From positions 62,001 to 126,000 of the forward strand of contig RBZT01000500.1 in assembly GCA_003693705.1 (NCBI GenBank): DNA of 64,000 nucleotides. The letters run 5' to 3'. Position numbers and translations under genes: made by a program. This DNA is from Polymyxa betae A26-41. Taxonomy: Eukaryota > Protista > Endomyxa: Phytomyxea. The notes under the pieces are model-generated. The model was not told where the DNA came from and ran no database searches. It was given only the letters and a program-made list of their open reading frames with translations. Positions 36,542-50,700 of this stretch are shown piece after piece (position 1 is the stretch's first letter; each line of letters begins with the position of its first letter).

Positions 36542-37061
36542 CTGCCCTGCAACCATCATCACCAAATCCGCTATTGCTCAGCGTCGCATTGCATTGCGCG
36601 CGCAAGGACCTCCAAACGACAGCCTGCTACTAAATCTGCTGGCTGCTCAAACCGAACAAGAAAGGGAGTGGCGGGAGATGGACGCCAATATCCTTCGTGC
36701 CGAGTTCGAACGACATCTCGAACTTGAACAATCGCTAAAAGAAGCGATAAGTGCGGCCATCAATCTGGTCATCGACCAGGTATGCCTTCACCTGCCGAAC
36801 TCGGGCCCAACCTGCCTTTTAGTTCAGGGGCTCCAAATGGTCAGAGACACGGTCGTTGATCTGGCAAATGGCGACTCACCTGACGTCCTGTCTCTATCAT
36901 ATACAGCTTACCTGTATCTATATCATCTATTAAGATATGGAGCAGCTGGAAGAGACTTGACTGTGTGTAAGCAATTATGCCGTTACATACAGAGACGTGA
37001 AGTTCTGTTACATCCCATTTGCCAGCAACATCGCAATGGAGTCATCATTATCAATGAATGA
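36534..37061 (+). CDS. Orphan helical/coiled-coil protein; probable intron ~36780-36827
   Basis: 175-aa ORF with ATG in an A-rich context downstream of the TATA box; EQEREWREMD..RAEFERHLELEQSLKEAI helix. The 3' end looks less coding-like. Confidence 0.45.
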   Translation: MTICPATIITKSAIAQRRIALRAQGPPNDSLLLNLLAAQTEQEREWREMDANILRAEFERHLELEQSLKEAISAAINLVIDQVCLHLPNSGPTCLLVQGLQMVRDTVVDLANGDSPDVLSLSYTAYLYLYHLLRYGAAGRDLTVCKQLCRYIQRREVLLHPICQQHRNGVIIINE

Positions 37062-37700
37062 TGTACAGCCATGAACGACTTGGGAGTGTAAGGCGTCAAA
37101 CCTATTCAATCGGACTCAATTCAAAAACTCACATCACAATCACCCAATCCAATAAACTGTAAACTATATGCATTATAAACATAGCGATGTGAACTCAGGT
37201 TCGCGAGTAGAGGCAACAATGTAATTCCAATTTAGCAACCATTGCTTGAATCAGTATGGAACAGTTGTAATAAAAATTGAAGAGTTGGATGCTTACTTCA
37301 TCCATTGGAGCTGACCTTGCTTTGAACTATCTCTCACAGACAAAAAGTGGCACCACGCCATTGCACAGAAATTGAGATCACTTCTTGGGGGTGGTTGGAA
37401 AGACCTATCTTGTAGCATGGATCAAGTTCACAGCTTTCTTCATTACAGAGCATCTTCTTCGGCATTTTTGCTGGAGTGGTGTAAGAACTTGTGGGTTGCG
37501 ATTGGTCAAAGAATTCGGTTTCGAATACCAGTCCGGTAGCGGTCAACGAAACTGACGAGAAATGAGCAAACTGATCTCACCACAATAAGCACCAACCGAA
37601 ATCTCCGATAATGATGGATTGCCATTCTCATTCTTAGTCATTCAAGATTATCAACTGTCGACCGTTCTAGCGTTCAACAGTTAACCGTAATTACGCAGTA

Positions 37701-37820
37701 AAGCCTCCGAGCCAAACCTCTCTAAAAAAGGAGCTGGCACCGAGAAGAACATTCAGCAATCATCATTACAATCAGCGAATCAACTTTGATACTTCTCTAA
37801 ACACCGACCACTTGACAATC
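37701..37820 (+). repeat. Copy 2 of the 36415 promoter/leader repeat, with TATA and ATG mutated
   Basis: aagcctccgagcca..ctaaaaaa..cattcagcaatcatcattacaa..TTGACAATC. Confidence 0.85.
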
Positions 37821-38039
37821 GGTTCAACGCTTCGCTCAGAGTCAGATTTTACCAAAATAGTTGCCAATCAGTCCTCTCAGCATTCAGAGGTAGAGATGTT
37901 GCCGAATAATCTCTCTTGATTCTATCCTCTGCCTTTGGGTTGTCATTAAAAGAGACATGTCTAAGGTCTCTGTCTGTTGTGGATGTAATAGGCAAACAAC
38001 ACAAGAGTAGTGATCATCACCTACAAACTCACCAGTTGA

Positions 38040-38168
38040 AACGCTCTGAAATCGTCTCAGCTATGAGAGTAGCTTCTGATTAGAAAAATGCCAAGAGAGA
38101 TGAAGCGCTCTAAGATCATTTCGGCTATGAGAGTAGCTTCTGACTAGTTAAGTGCTAAGAAGATGGAG
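38040..38168. repeat. Imperfect ~64-bp tandem duplication in decayed coding-like DNA
   Basis: cgctct..atc....gctatgagagtagcttctga.tag x2; reads KRSEIVSAMRVASD* and KRSKIISAMRVASD*. Confidence 0.85.
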
Positions 38169-39746
38169 CTGATGGAGAGTATCTGAACTGTGTTCTCTCA
38201 GAGTCAAAGCTCTTAATGCCTCCACTCTACAGTCTTTGGAAGACTTCCTTGCTAAATGAGACTACCAAAGGCTTTAAAATCACCATTGGTCTTCCTTACT
38301 CAGGTAAGTTCCCTTCATCTGATCAGAAAATACTTTATTGCTGAGACGATCTCAGAGCGCTTATCTTTAAGTTTGTATACCGCGATGGTGTCTCAGCTAT
38401 GGCTTGGAATGGCATGGGTTGCTGGAAGATCAAATGCTCAGTGTTTGAAGATCAAAGACCAGCCTTCCATAGAGCTCAATGTTAAGAGAGACAAGTTGAG
38501 CTAGAGCAACAAGACGCTATTTAGCAACCGCTTCCCTGATGAGTCTGAGAACTCAGAGTGGCATACCTTTGCTCTGATGAGGAAAATCGTACTCCTCAAG
38601 TTAAGTAAGAATCATGTGCGAAGATGGCGGGAAATGGACACCCATATCTTCATTGCTGAGTTCAAAATGTTGAGCTCGGCCAATCGTCAATACAAGCGCT
38701 CAGAAGGGCCATCGATCTGGTCAGCGAACAGATAAGTCAGCTTCTGCACCCCCCAGGGCCGTATGTACATGCCCTTTGGTTTCAGGTCTCCTCATGGTCA
38801 GACTCCCCCTGGCCGATCTCGAGAAGGACGAGTCAGATTCCATACTGATGCCATCACATGCCGCCTATATATGATCTAATAAGATATGGTGCGGATGGAT
38901 GTTATGGCCGGGAGTTAATTGAGATGTGTCATTGCAATCAGGATGGAAAAATTCTTCCGATTCCCGTCAAACATCATCCGTTTGCATGTATCGCACAATG
39001 CTTTTCAAATTCAAATCGTTCAATCAGATAAACAATTCAATGACCCACTGTGAAATTGGCTTCCCGAAGAGAAGCAGCATTATATTTAGTGTTGCAATTC
39101 CATGTACGTGTATGGCAGATGAACCAAGAACTGGTGAAACAAAGACCTGTATGGAAACTGAATAGTGCATTCTCAAAAGATGCACCGACAAATGCAGACG
39201 CCAAATGAAATAGATATGCAAGACGAGTGACAAATTGAAAATACTTTATTGGTGGTTAACGAATAACGATTCAATTGAATCTGTAAAAAAGCCTTTCTGA
39301 GGTTCCATTTCTGTTTGCACTGTAATCTGATCTTGCGAATGGCGTGTTAAAGACCAAGCTCTCAATTCAATGTGGTGCCCTTCCTGCTGAGATGACATGG
39401 TTTCTCAAAAGGCATCGAGAGTGACAGCACTGAACAAAGCGAGTTTTACTTGATCAGATTCGCGAAAATCTGAAGTATCTCGGAAGTAAATCGCCAGCAA
39501 AAACGTCAGAGGTATGTCTAGCTGATATTATGGTGCATTAACGCATGCGGCAGACGAGGCTTTAGGCTTGGCAGCCGACGCCCAAATCCATTTACAAACA
39601 AGTGATTGATTGTCGCTGACGATCAAGATCGAATTGGATTCGACCAGTTTGCTGAGCGTGGACAGCGAGCGGCGCTGAGGATCAAGATCGGCATACAACC
39701 GAACCAATAATTTGTCTGGACTGAGCGCATGATCAAGCCTCTTTAT

Positions 39747-39945
39747 GCAGCAGAGGCAAGGCTGCGCCGCGACACATGAAAACGGAGCCCATTACGAGTA
39801 TCATGACATGGTTTTGGGGCACCCCATGCCCCCAACATTAAAAATATAGCAGCACAGGCAAGGCTGCGCCGCTACACATGAAACGGAGCCCATTACTACT
39901 ATCATGACATGGTTTTGGGGCACCCCATGGCCCCATCATTAAAGA
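39747..39945. repeat. ~102-bp near-perfect tandem duplication immediately upstream of the Tul1-like gene
   Basis: gcagca.aggcaaggctgcgccgc.acacatgaaa.cggagcccattac...tatcatgacatggttttggggcaccccatg.ccc.a.cattaaa starts at 39747 and 39849. Confidence 0.95.
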
Positions 39946-40013
39946 TATTATCGGCAAGTACGCGCGCTGGCCAGACGCCTAAAAGCGTCATCATTGCCAT
40001 TCGTCCGTGACCC

Positions 40014-41932
40014 ATGGATCTGCGCCTGGCCTGGCTGCTGGGCGTCGCCATCGCTGTGGCCGCCAGCCCGACCCGACACGAGCCTGTCTTCCCAGCTCAT
40101 GTCGACGCCATCTACCATGGTCTATGGCAGGCCCCGGACTCGGTCGAGTATGGGCAGGTCTTTATGCAGATCATTGAAGACGACGATGGCTCGTCCACCA
40201 CGCCCTGGTCGATCGTCCGCGGCGGCTTGATTCTTCGCCAATCAGGTTGTCGTGGTCTCCTGCTTATTTTTCTGGCGATTAAACAATGATAGGCGGTGAT
40301 GATGACGCCTATCTGGGCCTGGATGGAATCTATACGAGCGAGACTGGCGCCTTATTGCTATACGCCAACATCCCTGATTGGAAGTCTCAACCTGAAGTGC
40401 TTAAAATCACCAGCAACAATCCCAATTCGACCACGACTGAATCCATGCAAGGTCGGTCGGCGCCTACTTCGCCGGCGTCTCTGATGACTTCAATAGGCCT
40501 GCAATATTCTGACATGTCATCTATCGAATCGTGTCAGGTTGCAATGCGCTTGAAAGCGCTGCCTCTCATTCGTTCGTCGCAGCTCTCGTTCGATCCGGTC
40601 ACGTTCGAAACCGTAAATCATTTGGGATGATCTCTGCCTGCAGCTAAATACTCATCAGATCTGGCGTCAAGGCTCGTCCAGTATGGATCGTATCACAATA
40701 TCGGGCGCCATGCAGAGTCCCAATTGTGGCTTCAATATCACGACGGCACTATCAACGGCCCGTTCGCCCGTCTTCGTCGACAGGGCATCGCGTTTCTCGC
40801 TGATGGCGTCGGCGGCCGCCATCGCCCAGATGCTAATGACGCTGAAACAGATTCAAAGCGCTCAACTTGGTCGGATATCTCTGGCGACCGTCGCCACATT
40901 GTCGCTGTTGGACGCGTATCTGGTTGGCGAACTGTAGAAACCCTAAAACCCTTCATCTAATCGACATTTAGTGTGTCGTGCATATCGGCGTCGGTATGAG
41001 AGTCCCGGATCTGTGGCTGTCGTTTGTCATCTTGACAATGATCGAATGTGGGCTCTAAATGGGGTTTTGGGGTCGCCTAACGTGTCTTTAGTTCTGTTGT
41101 TCTCGGTGTTCCAAGTTCGCCTCATGTTCATGATCTGGAAGGCGAACAATCGCGACCTGTTTGATCTGGCCAGCCTCGAAGAACGACGCCAGCTGATCAA
41201 CCGCCTTCATACGCGGCTGTTCGCATTCGTCCTTATCGGGCTATTCGGGATCTTCTTCACGATCAGGAACTACGAAATCTTGGTGACCGTAAGCGCACAA
41301 ACAGATTGAACAATAGCAGCCGTGCTGATTGCGATTCAGATCGCGCTGCATTCACCCTGGGTGCCTCAGATCGTTTTCAACGTGCAACACAACACCAACC
41401 GCGGTCTGCTGCCGAAATATGTTGCGGTGATGGCGTTCAGCAGGCTGCTACTGCCTCTGTATAAATTCGGTGATCCATCCAATTATATGGAGAACCCACT
41501 TGATTATACGGTATCGAGGTTCTGATTTCGCCTGCCAGTGTTCTCAGCGATTTTTTCAGTTCTGTTATTTATTGTTCGTCTGGGTGGCCATCCAGATCTC
41601 TGCACTTTACTTGCAAGATCGGCTCGGGCCAAGGTTCTTTATCCCGGCCGCGTTTAAGCCGGCTAAGTACGAATACTTCAGGCCGATTAATGTTGCAGAA
41701 TGTAATGAGCTCGATATTCGTTTGCTTCAGGGACTGACTCTTGGACGCAGCCGATGTTTGCGCCATTTGTATGATGGAAATTCTTGAGGACGTTGAATCG
41801 CAGGTGGTTCCGGACGAAGGCAACATCATGGTGACTCCCTGCTCACACAAATTTCACAGCGTCTGCTTGATAACGTGGATGGAGCAGAAGATGGAATGTC
41901 CCAATTGCAGGATGTCGCTGCCGCCGATATGA
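40014..41932 (+). CDS. TUL1: Transmembrane RING-H2 E3 ubiquitin ligase, Tul1/FLY1 family
   Basis: Signal peptide, LDGIY..ETGAL, SPNCG, multiple TMs, SPWVPQIVFNV, RLLLPLY..GDPSN, LQDRLGPRFFIP, C-terminal CAIC..TPCSHKFHSVCL..W..ECPNCRMSLPPI*. Confidence 0.88.
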
Positions 41933-41992
41933 CGAACAACATTTCATTTCCGTCTATCTATGCAGATCGCTTTCACGTAAAGCTATAATATA

Positions 41993-43666
41993 TTAATCAG
42001 ACTTTATCGATTTACTATTCGGCGTCCATATCACGAGCTCGCCATTGCTGTCGAGACATGGTGTCAGACGATGATGCAGGATGATATCAACAAGGACCAG
42101 ACAGTTGGCCCAGAAGAACACCAGGCTTGAGAGCCAGACAAGGAAGAACACCGGCCTAAACATGATCAAGATCCAAACCGACCCGCTCCAAATGCTTACT
42201 GAGCCTGCATCTCAAGCTGATACGCCCAATACAACCAGAGGAGCTGGCCCGCAAACCAGGTTCCGATTAGGAATAGGCCGCGACGTATGGAGAGGCGTGT
42301 GGACGGCAACAGGAGCGGCATTAGGCTGAACAGGAGCGGATCAGCACAACAGCAATTGACTGAAAGTAGAACTACCTCCAATACCAGATGAAATACTGAG
42401 CTGTTGAAACCTGGAAACAGATCAGATGTGGATGGGACAGCGAACTCTCAATCAACCTTGTTGAACGTGACGAACAAGACGGTTTGGACGAAACAAGCGA
42501 ACGGAAGATCGGTGCCGAAGCGCAGCGCGGCGAACGCGACCGGCACCATTTGTGGCAGGAATGCGAGCAGCCCGCCCAACACCGATGATGGCGACATGAA
42601 GCTAATCGCGAACACAGGTCAGCACACCCGATGAGTCGACACCAGATGTCTCACCTCAAGTACATCGTGTAAAAGTAGGGCGAGAAATTATGGCGATTGT
42701 CGCGTCGTATCAGATGGTACAGATACGTCTCGTAGACAAACGTCCAACCATAGATGCGGTATAAAACAGCCAGTAGGCCCAGAAATACAGATGCCGAGAC
42801 GATGAAGAACACGAACCTCGCAGACCAGCGACTTTTCAGCCAACTCGACCGATGAACCGTATAGTTCGAGTTGAGGAACATCAAGATGGAGGACGAATAC
42901 ACAATCGGGTAGATCTTGAAATGGACCGCCAACCCGAACCTTGACAAACCGGATTCAGGTGCAGCCAGTAACGCGATGCTGGCCCTTGCGACTCACATGA
43001 TCGAACCCAGGATTAGATGATGGGTTAGGAATAGGTAGATAGTTAGGATCACCATGGCGCAGATCAAGACGTCGCCGTTCCCTGACGAAATGATACAGTT
43101 CGGCGATCATACAACAACAATCACGCGAACCTCTCGTTGAAACAGTGAATGACATTGGATTGAATAGCCAGACGCAGGCGCATAACAGCGCCGTCTGCTT
43201 AGGGACGCCTCTCAGCACGACCAGCTTCTCAATTAATCGCCCGACGAATAGGTCCAAAGCAGCAAACAAGACTTTGCCGAATGAGAAATGGACGATGTGG
43301 CATGGAATCAGAACGAACGCCCTACATTCGAACATGTCAACGATAAGAAACAGGACAGATTGAACCGAGGTCTAACAATAGTGGAGTATATCGATACGTA
43401 TGACGCAGGAATGGCGATTCACCATTCAGAACGTGTCGTGCTGCATCCATATAGACATAATAATCGACGTCGGTGAATGGGACTTCCACTAACCAGCAGG
43501 TTCATATCACAGCGAAGCAGTACTGAACCAATGGCCGCCTACAGTTGGCGTCCTGCCATTCGCCATACAGCAGGAATACAGCACGTAAAGCGGCGGCCAG
43601 CGTCCAGATCGCTGCCGATGACACCTTGCGACCAAGAATCGGTTCCATCGACACCGTCGTCGCCAT
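41993..43666 (-). CDS. PIGM: GPI mannosyltransferase 1 (PIG-M/Gpi14)
   Basis: [74 protein letters not shown]. Confidence 0.93.
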
Positions 43667-43737
43667 CCCAAACCCGAGACTCTCAGGTCCGTGGTCGGCC
43701 GGTACTACCGCCTGATTTTGCAGGAAATGTTTATTTA

Positions 43738-46700
43738 TTAGTCAACGGCCGCCATAGCTTGTGCTGCGTTGATAATGAGTTTCTTGAGCTCGTCAATTCG
43801 TTGCAGAGGCAAATCGTGCAGCTTTGCAATTCGTATAACGGTTTGCGTAACGCTCTCCGGCGACAGGCCCAATGTCAGCATTTTGTGGGACGTATTCATG
43901 AGCCAGTTGGCTGTGTTCTCTTGGTGCTTGTTAACATTAGCGTCAGTCTTCAGCAGCGCAAACTCTGTAAATTTCTCCCAGAATGCCTCCTTCGTCCACA
44001 TCGAGTGATCACGAATTACTGATTCGATGAAGATTTTCCCGCCAGAATAGTCTTCGCAAAAGAACCGCGTTGAAGCGTCCAGAACGCCTATACACGAATT
44101 ATTATAACGTTAGATGATGACAATTCGGAAATAATACTGGCTGCATTGACATAGTCTTCAACTTGGAGGCAGCATTCCAGCATCTGCTGAAGAGTGGCAG
44201 CTAGAGCAGCGAACGAAGAATCGGAAAGACATAGATCGGAACCTTTCACCAAGGGCTGCTTTAAGATTGAGGACAGACATGTCCTGGCTGACTCATGACG
44301 AAGCAGATGCGAAACCTGACGCTTTGTAAACTAATGACTTTGCTCCATGAAGACATTGCTTACTGAAAGAGCATCTTTCTCACTCAGTCCCTCATTTGAA
44401 AAGATTTGCGACATATAATACTGCATCTGGTCGTGCTGGCCAGCAAGAGCATCTTGCTGTGGTCTGCACTCATTGATCAAAAGGACTGAAAGAACCCTAG
44501 TTGCGCCAAACCGTTTTTTGTGAATTTTTCTTGTGCTGGCTGTCATCTTATTTTGGGCCGGCGCTAGAGGAACCCTTTGAACCGGATGCATCAAATCAAG
44601 ACGAAGAGGCTTGATGAAGGCGTGTTCTGATTGTGACCACTTCGATTCGGGGACGGATTTTGGCAACTTCATCTGATAGCATTCGACCTTGCGACCTTCA
44701 ATTTCGTGGATTTTCTCTGCGTGAAATAATGTTAGCAAAGCTCAAAATCGACTTAAGAGCATACCAAGAATTCGGGCATCGCCAGTGGCAAGAAAATCAT
44801 TGTATAAAGAAGGTTCCGATTCTTGTTCAAGGAAGCCATCAAATGCTCTTGATTCGATGACTTTCGCCATGAATTCATATGATCCATCTTCCAAATTTTT
44901 CGATTTTAGGAATCCAGTTCCATTGAAGAACGGGACATCGTTAATAAAAAATAGGAACCGGCGAAATCCAGTCATCAGGTCAGCATGGAACATCAAAAAT
45001 GCATTCATAACATCTTTGTCAAATTTCGCTGACGGTGATTGGTTGTAGGGATCTTCTGATCCGAGTAAGACATAATCACGTTCGCTACTCCGCCTTTCCA
45101 TGATTTCACCTAACCGAGTCCACAATGCGCTTCCTAAACTAAGTCAATAAGGATTTTTAAAAATGGAATGCTTAATAACCAGCTTGTTGGGGCAGGCGAG
45201 GCAAAGGAGACGAGCAACGAATTAAATCGTGGTCGAGGTCCACGAGGACGATGTCGTTCAGGTCGGTGAATTGCGATAGATACTTCGTATGGACACCTTG
45301 AATGTATGGTTGTGGGCATTGATAGGCGTCCAGCATAAGTTCTGCCAGAACTGGAACATAGACGGATGACCATTGGAAGGGATAAAGCAATCTGAAGCTT
45401 TGTGAAAACAGTTCTAGTGTGTATGGGAAAGTCTTACTGCAGCATAGTTTGACAGACAATCGTCAAGGCAGAGAGAGAATTCGAATGCAGTAGAATTCTC
45501 TGTTCAAACATCATGGCAGAGAACACGCCAAGAACAGAGTCCACAGTGAGAATATTGAAAAGTAAATTCAGTGGCAATCGCGAAATAAGCGGATCTCGCA
45601 GCGGCGATGCATAGAGCTCAATGGGGTCATTATTATCGTGAATAATCATCGAAACACCCATTTTATCTAAGAATAATTGTCAGAATCTAAAAGCCCAACA
45701 ACAAAGCAAATAACCTGGAACGGGAAGAGGAAGTTCCATTGTGAATTGAGATATGAATCGTTCTACAGGAATATGATATGACTGAGAGGATGCTACCGAA
45801 TACAGCTGCGACAAAATCTTCCTATACGTTGCCAGGTGAGGATATTGAGAAACGATGCAGATCGCCTTTGGCGTATAGCTGATGGATTTTCAGTTAAAAT
45901 CAATTGTCAAACAAATCGATACAGTTCTTTTCCACCGGTTTTGGCCGGGGCGTCCAATAACGCTGATATCGGCTGATCGAATTGCAGAAAAGTTAAGAAA
46001 CATTTTCGTCCATCAGCGAATGTGACGACTGCGAAATGCGATTTCGGTTGACGACGAGTCCAAGATAGCAGGATCCCAGTTGGGAAAGCCAATGACGTCC
46101 AAACGTCACTTACTGGACAATCTTTATAGTCTTCGCGAGGATATCTGTTACGCCTTTCAGTTGAAGGAAAGTAGAAAAGTCCATATATATGTAAGCCTAA
46201 GAACAAACAAGAAAGGTACTTAACGAGACCTGTCAATAATTCCAGCAAATACTTGAGCTCGTCGTAAGATTGATTCGATCTGCGATTCATTCCAGTGCTG
46301 GAAGTCAACGTCACGAAATTCTTTGGGTGGGTGCACCCCGAACACTATAAAGTAGTCGATAGGTCGTGAGCACATCGCTCCTTGCTCGGAGCGTTCTGAC
46401 GATTCCGACGCCTTTTCGGCTTGTTTCGATTCGCGCTCAGCAGTAATCCTCCGAAGCTGTTTGATCTTCTTCACAGCCTCTCTCCATCGAAGCCGGATCT
46501 AATTAGTATTCAAAACCTCACACCGATCCAGGAAAACACCAGAACCTGAGCGCGACTTAACGAATAACTAAGGTTGGAGATGTCATTCAAGTCGGGATCG
46601 ACTCCTAGACCGTTTGGAGACAATTTCCTCAGAGGTGATGGCTCGAGATTCTTTGCATCGCCGAGGTTTGTATCGAGAATTGGCAAAGTATCCATTAGAA

Positions 46701-47148
46701 TAACAGACCCGCGCCTGCTCATGGAAGAATGTTTCGTGACCGAACGGCGACGAGGACTGGTTAATTCATCAAGCTTAGTCTGGTCGTTTAGCTTACGAAG
46801 TGATTCAGCATCGACAATCAGCGACCTATGTCGGCTTTGTGGTCCCGAATGATGACTTTTCGGCGTCAGCTTCGTTTCACTTATGTTCATATTGCTGAAA
46901 TCGATGGACAGCTGTCGAGAGCTAACAGGCTCTTGAACAGAAGCTGACAGCGACAGCCTAGATCGAGTTTTTTTGTCATGCCAGCGAATAAATGAGACAT
47001 GAAGCGCCCGCTGGCGCAGCGACCGAAGAATCCCAGCCGCCCGACAAAGTGTGATGATTTGCTGGACGCTGAGCTGACGTCCTCCAATCTCTTTCTCATT
47101 GGTCGTTTGGGCGGCGGAAATCACCAGGCCAACGGCCGTGGCTTTCAT
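43738..47148 (-). CDS. DENN-domain Rab GEF with an SBF2-like C-terminal region
   Basis: PIDYFIVFG, RYPREDY..FPTG, PKAICIVS, VFSAMMFEQRILLHS, LLYPFQWSSVYVPVL..CPQPYIQGVH, VLVDLD, FRRFL, SRAFDGFLE, WTKEAFWE. Confidence 0.87.
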
Positions 47149-47703
47149 GATGGCCCGCTTGGGTCAAACCTGTTCACACGACACGTGCCACAATGATTAA
47201 GATATTATCTTAGCAAGGCATTATTCGTCTATCTGGAATCGCCTATCGCTGCCTGCCGATCATTTGAAATGGACTCTGGAAGTGGCCTGCTACCTCATCA
47301 AAGGAGCGACACATGTTTCATGTTACCAAAGTATGGATGCGGCCTCCCTGCATTTGTCATCTGTTCATCCCATTTCTGCAGTGGCAAGCGCAAATAGCGA
47401 TTTTACCTGCGAGAAAACACAAAGTCTCATATGATCGCTTGGCCGTCAGCGATCGTTGAAGTGGGTTTCGAGCAACCATGCAAATGAGTTATCGTGACTG
47501 TCCTGAGCTGAATCAAAATTCGACCTTACGTCTGCTCTTTCAAACATTAAATGTCAGAACAAATTGCATATTGCTGGCTTATCAGGCATCTGTGTTGCTT
47601 ATAATTAACCCATCAAATTGATAAGTGTATCCGTCAAAGCAGGGCGATTCACGGTTACGATTAATAGCAGTGATTCTGTATTATTAAAATACGGATATGA
47701 GAA

Positions 47704-50700
47704 TTAAACCATTAAATAAAGGTCGTAACGAGCGTAGGTATTGTGCTCATCATCTGGTAGCCTTGGATACGCGGGAATCAATGCGTCTTGTGAGCCGATG
47801 TACAAAGCATTGTACATCTTCCAATATATATTACGCACCCTTCGTGCAGGATGCCAAAGACCCTAATGTAAGTGAGCGTTGCAGGTTCAAGCAGAGACCA
47901 ACACTTGACAGACCTGAAATAGATAAAGCAATATGATGGTTGGGCCAAGAGCAACACGTAGTCCATCAACAGCATCAGTGACAGCGTTAATCACGTGAGG
48001 AGACGTCTCGAAAATGTTAGGCCATAGAATATTGAGAAGGTGATGTAAAGGTTCTTCACAGCCTAATCCAGGGACACCCAAAGCCATGTGCTTTACACAT
48101 GATGCTGCTGTCTGCAAGCAAATGTAAACATTCAATCAGGATAAAGCCATTAATTCGAATACCTGTCTGTGAACCAGATCCCGATCCATAAGAGCATCCT
48201 CGAGTAAAGGCGTTACAGCATGAATATAATCTTTGCCCATCTCTCCGATATATTCGAAAAGGAAAGATAGCGATTTCAGCACACCATTTTGCACATTTAG
48301 TTCTGGGACGCGATATTCGTTCATCAAAGCCGGAAGAACAGTGAACGGTGCACAGGTTTCGGCAACAATGGCGATAGCAACCGTCGTACATACACGATTC
48401 TGTCGCTCTTGAACCTAACAGATTTAGTCAGGGAAAACATCGACACCAAATGCGAAATCATCACCTTAAGATTGTTCAGCAGAGTAACCAAGACGTCTTG
48501 GGGACCGATCGCCTTAGCGATATAACCGAAAGTGTTTACAGTGGCACGTCGAATTCCCTTTTTATGGGCTTTCAACATTTCCAGCAGCTCGAAACAAATC
48601 CTCATCCATTCACGAGGACTGACGAATTCGGCACCACGATCGGCAATACGGCCGACAAGATCGATACAATTTTCTTGTACCTAAACAATTTAAAACGCTA
48701 GAAAGGGATGCAGATATTACCGCGAACCTTTTCATGACGGTTTTTCAAGACTGGAGTCAGGCGAGGCAAAAGGTCCTTAATCGGTGGCGTCATCTTGGTC
48801 ATACCAATAACATTAACAATAGCTTTCAGAGCACCCAAGATGGATCCTGAGAACATGTAAAACACAGCACCAGATATTCAATTATGATAGTACCTAAAAC
48901 TTCGGGGTATTCTTCACCAAGATATTCGTAAAGAATGACACCAAGATGCCCAAGTAAGGGCTCGGCACCGCATTTGACAATGACGACAGCAATACGGGAA
49001 ATTAGATCGGCAGACTGTTGACGAACTCGCGCCGATTTGTTATTCAGACGCCATTTGATGATACCACAAACTTGGGCAAGATAAGGCTGCATTCGCAATC
49101 CAAGAGCGTTGACAACCACCCCGAATCCATTCAACATGACCTAAACACTTAAGTGAACTGGCATCGCATGATAACCGAGGGATTACTTGTGAATCATCGG
49201 TCTGCTGCTCCTGGAAGGCAAATAGAAGACCATCGATAAGTTGCTCTTCCAGTTTCTGATCGATGTCGGCGGCACCAAGTTCTGAAAGAATCTGTTCGAT
49301 CGTCTCCATCACCATTTTGCGGTAAAATTCGTTATCGTCCTAAGAGAATAATTACAATTGGATATTCACAGAAAAACAGAAACAAAACACTGACCTTGAG
49401 GTCGTCAACGATTCGAGCGACAATGTCGCGGCCACCGACTTTGCAAGCCAACGAGACGGTGGTCTCTACAAGCTGTTTATAGTTCCTGCGATCCAGTGCC
49501 ATTCGTCGAATCCCTGTAACAAGAATCAGAACCTAAACAACAAAGCGAAGCGCATCTGTGGCTGACAAAAGTTTCGGAAGAATTCAGGCAGGATCTCATT
49601 TTTTACATAATCAACCTCGACTCCTTCCGTTGTAACACATTGTTTGACCACCTTCAGAACAATCTTTTTCATTTCTTCATCGGGCGAGGCGAATTCCCGG
49701 ATAAGAGTCTACACATAGCATCAATATCGTCGAGCAATCAGTTCAGGTTGAGCAATAACGGGCTCGTACCTTCATGACATTCTGAGTATAAAAGTGTGCA
49801 TATTTGGCGTCCATCAGAGGGATAATGAAACCGATGGCTTTCAAGAACGACGCTAGCGTTTTGCCACGATGCTGCGAAATGCCTTTCCATAACGGCTGCA
49901 AAACGGGATCGAAAGATTCAATACCGTAGGGGGCGGCTGCTTCGGCCAGTGCTGCAAGTGATAAAGCTGTAATAGTCCGCACCTGAAAGACACATTAAAG
50001 AGCACGAATTTAGGTTAAAAAGCTCAAACCTTTTGCTGTTCATCATCAAGACCATGCGCTATGATCTCTACCAAACTGGTCAGCTGTGGCAATACAGCAC
50101 ATCCCATCAGAATAGCGATCTGCTGCACGATTTTGATACCGGTATGGCGAGCTTGCCACGATTTCTTTGATTGACAGACGGCTTTTAAAAACGGCAGAAG
50201 CGATGGGATGCCAAGCGCTGACGCTACAACTGAAAATCTGTGCAAATTAGCAAAGGAACGGGATGATGAACAGAATGTCTTACGCTCGAGCGGTGGTGTT
50301 TCGAACGTATTCATCGACATTGTCAATATCGGGTCGCATCGTGGCGATCATGGTTGCAAGACCAGCTGCTTTTGCCAAATTCGAGATAATTTCACGACCT
50401 TCGACACGGGCATAATAATCTTCGTCGATTAACAACGGCTCGATAACGACCAAAATTTTGTGAACATATGGTCGAACGAGATCGTCGAGCTTGAACAAAA
50501 CACGATCGATAACCTCGAGAAGAGTTCAGACCGATGCCGACTGCATTTACAGGAAAGTAAACGGACCTTGACAAGTAAATGTCTTTCTTGATCTTCAAGC
50601 GTCGGAGACATCAGCAACGGCAGAATTTGATTGAACAAAGGCCCCGGGCCGAACTCTCGAGCTTTGTCTGTGATTTGACGGAGAGCAGTCTTTCGCTGCG

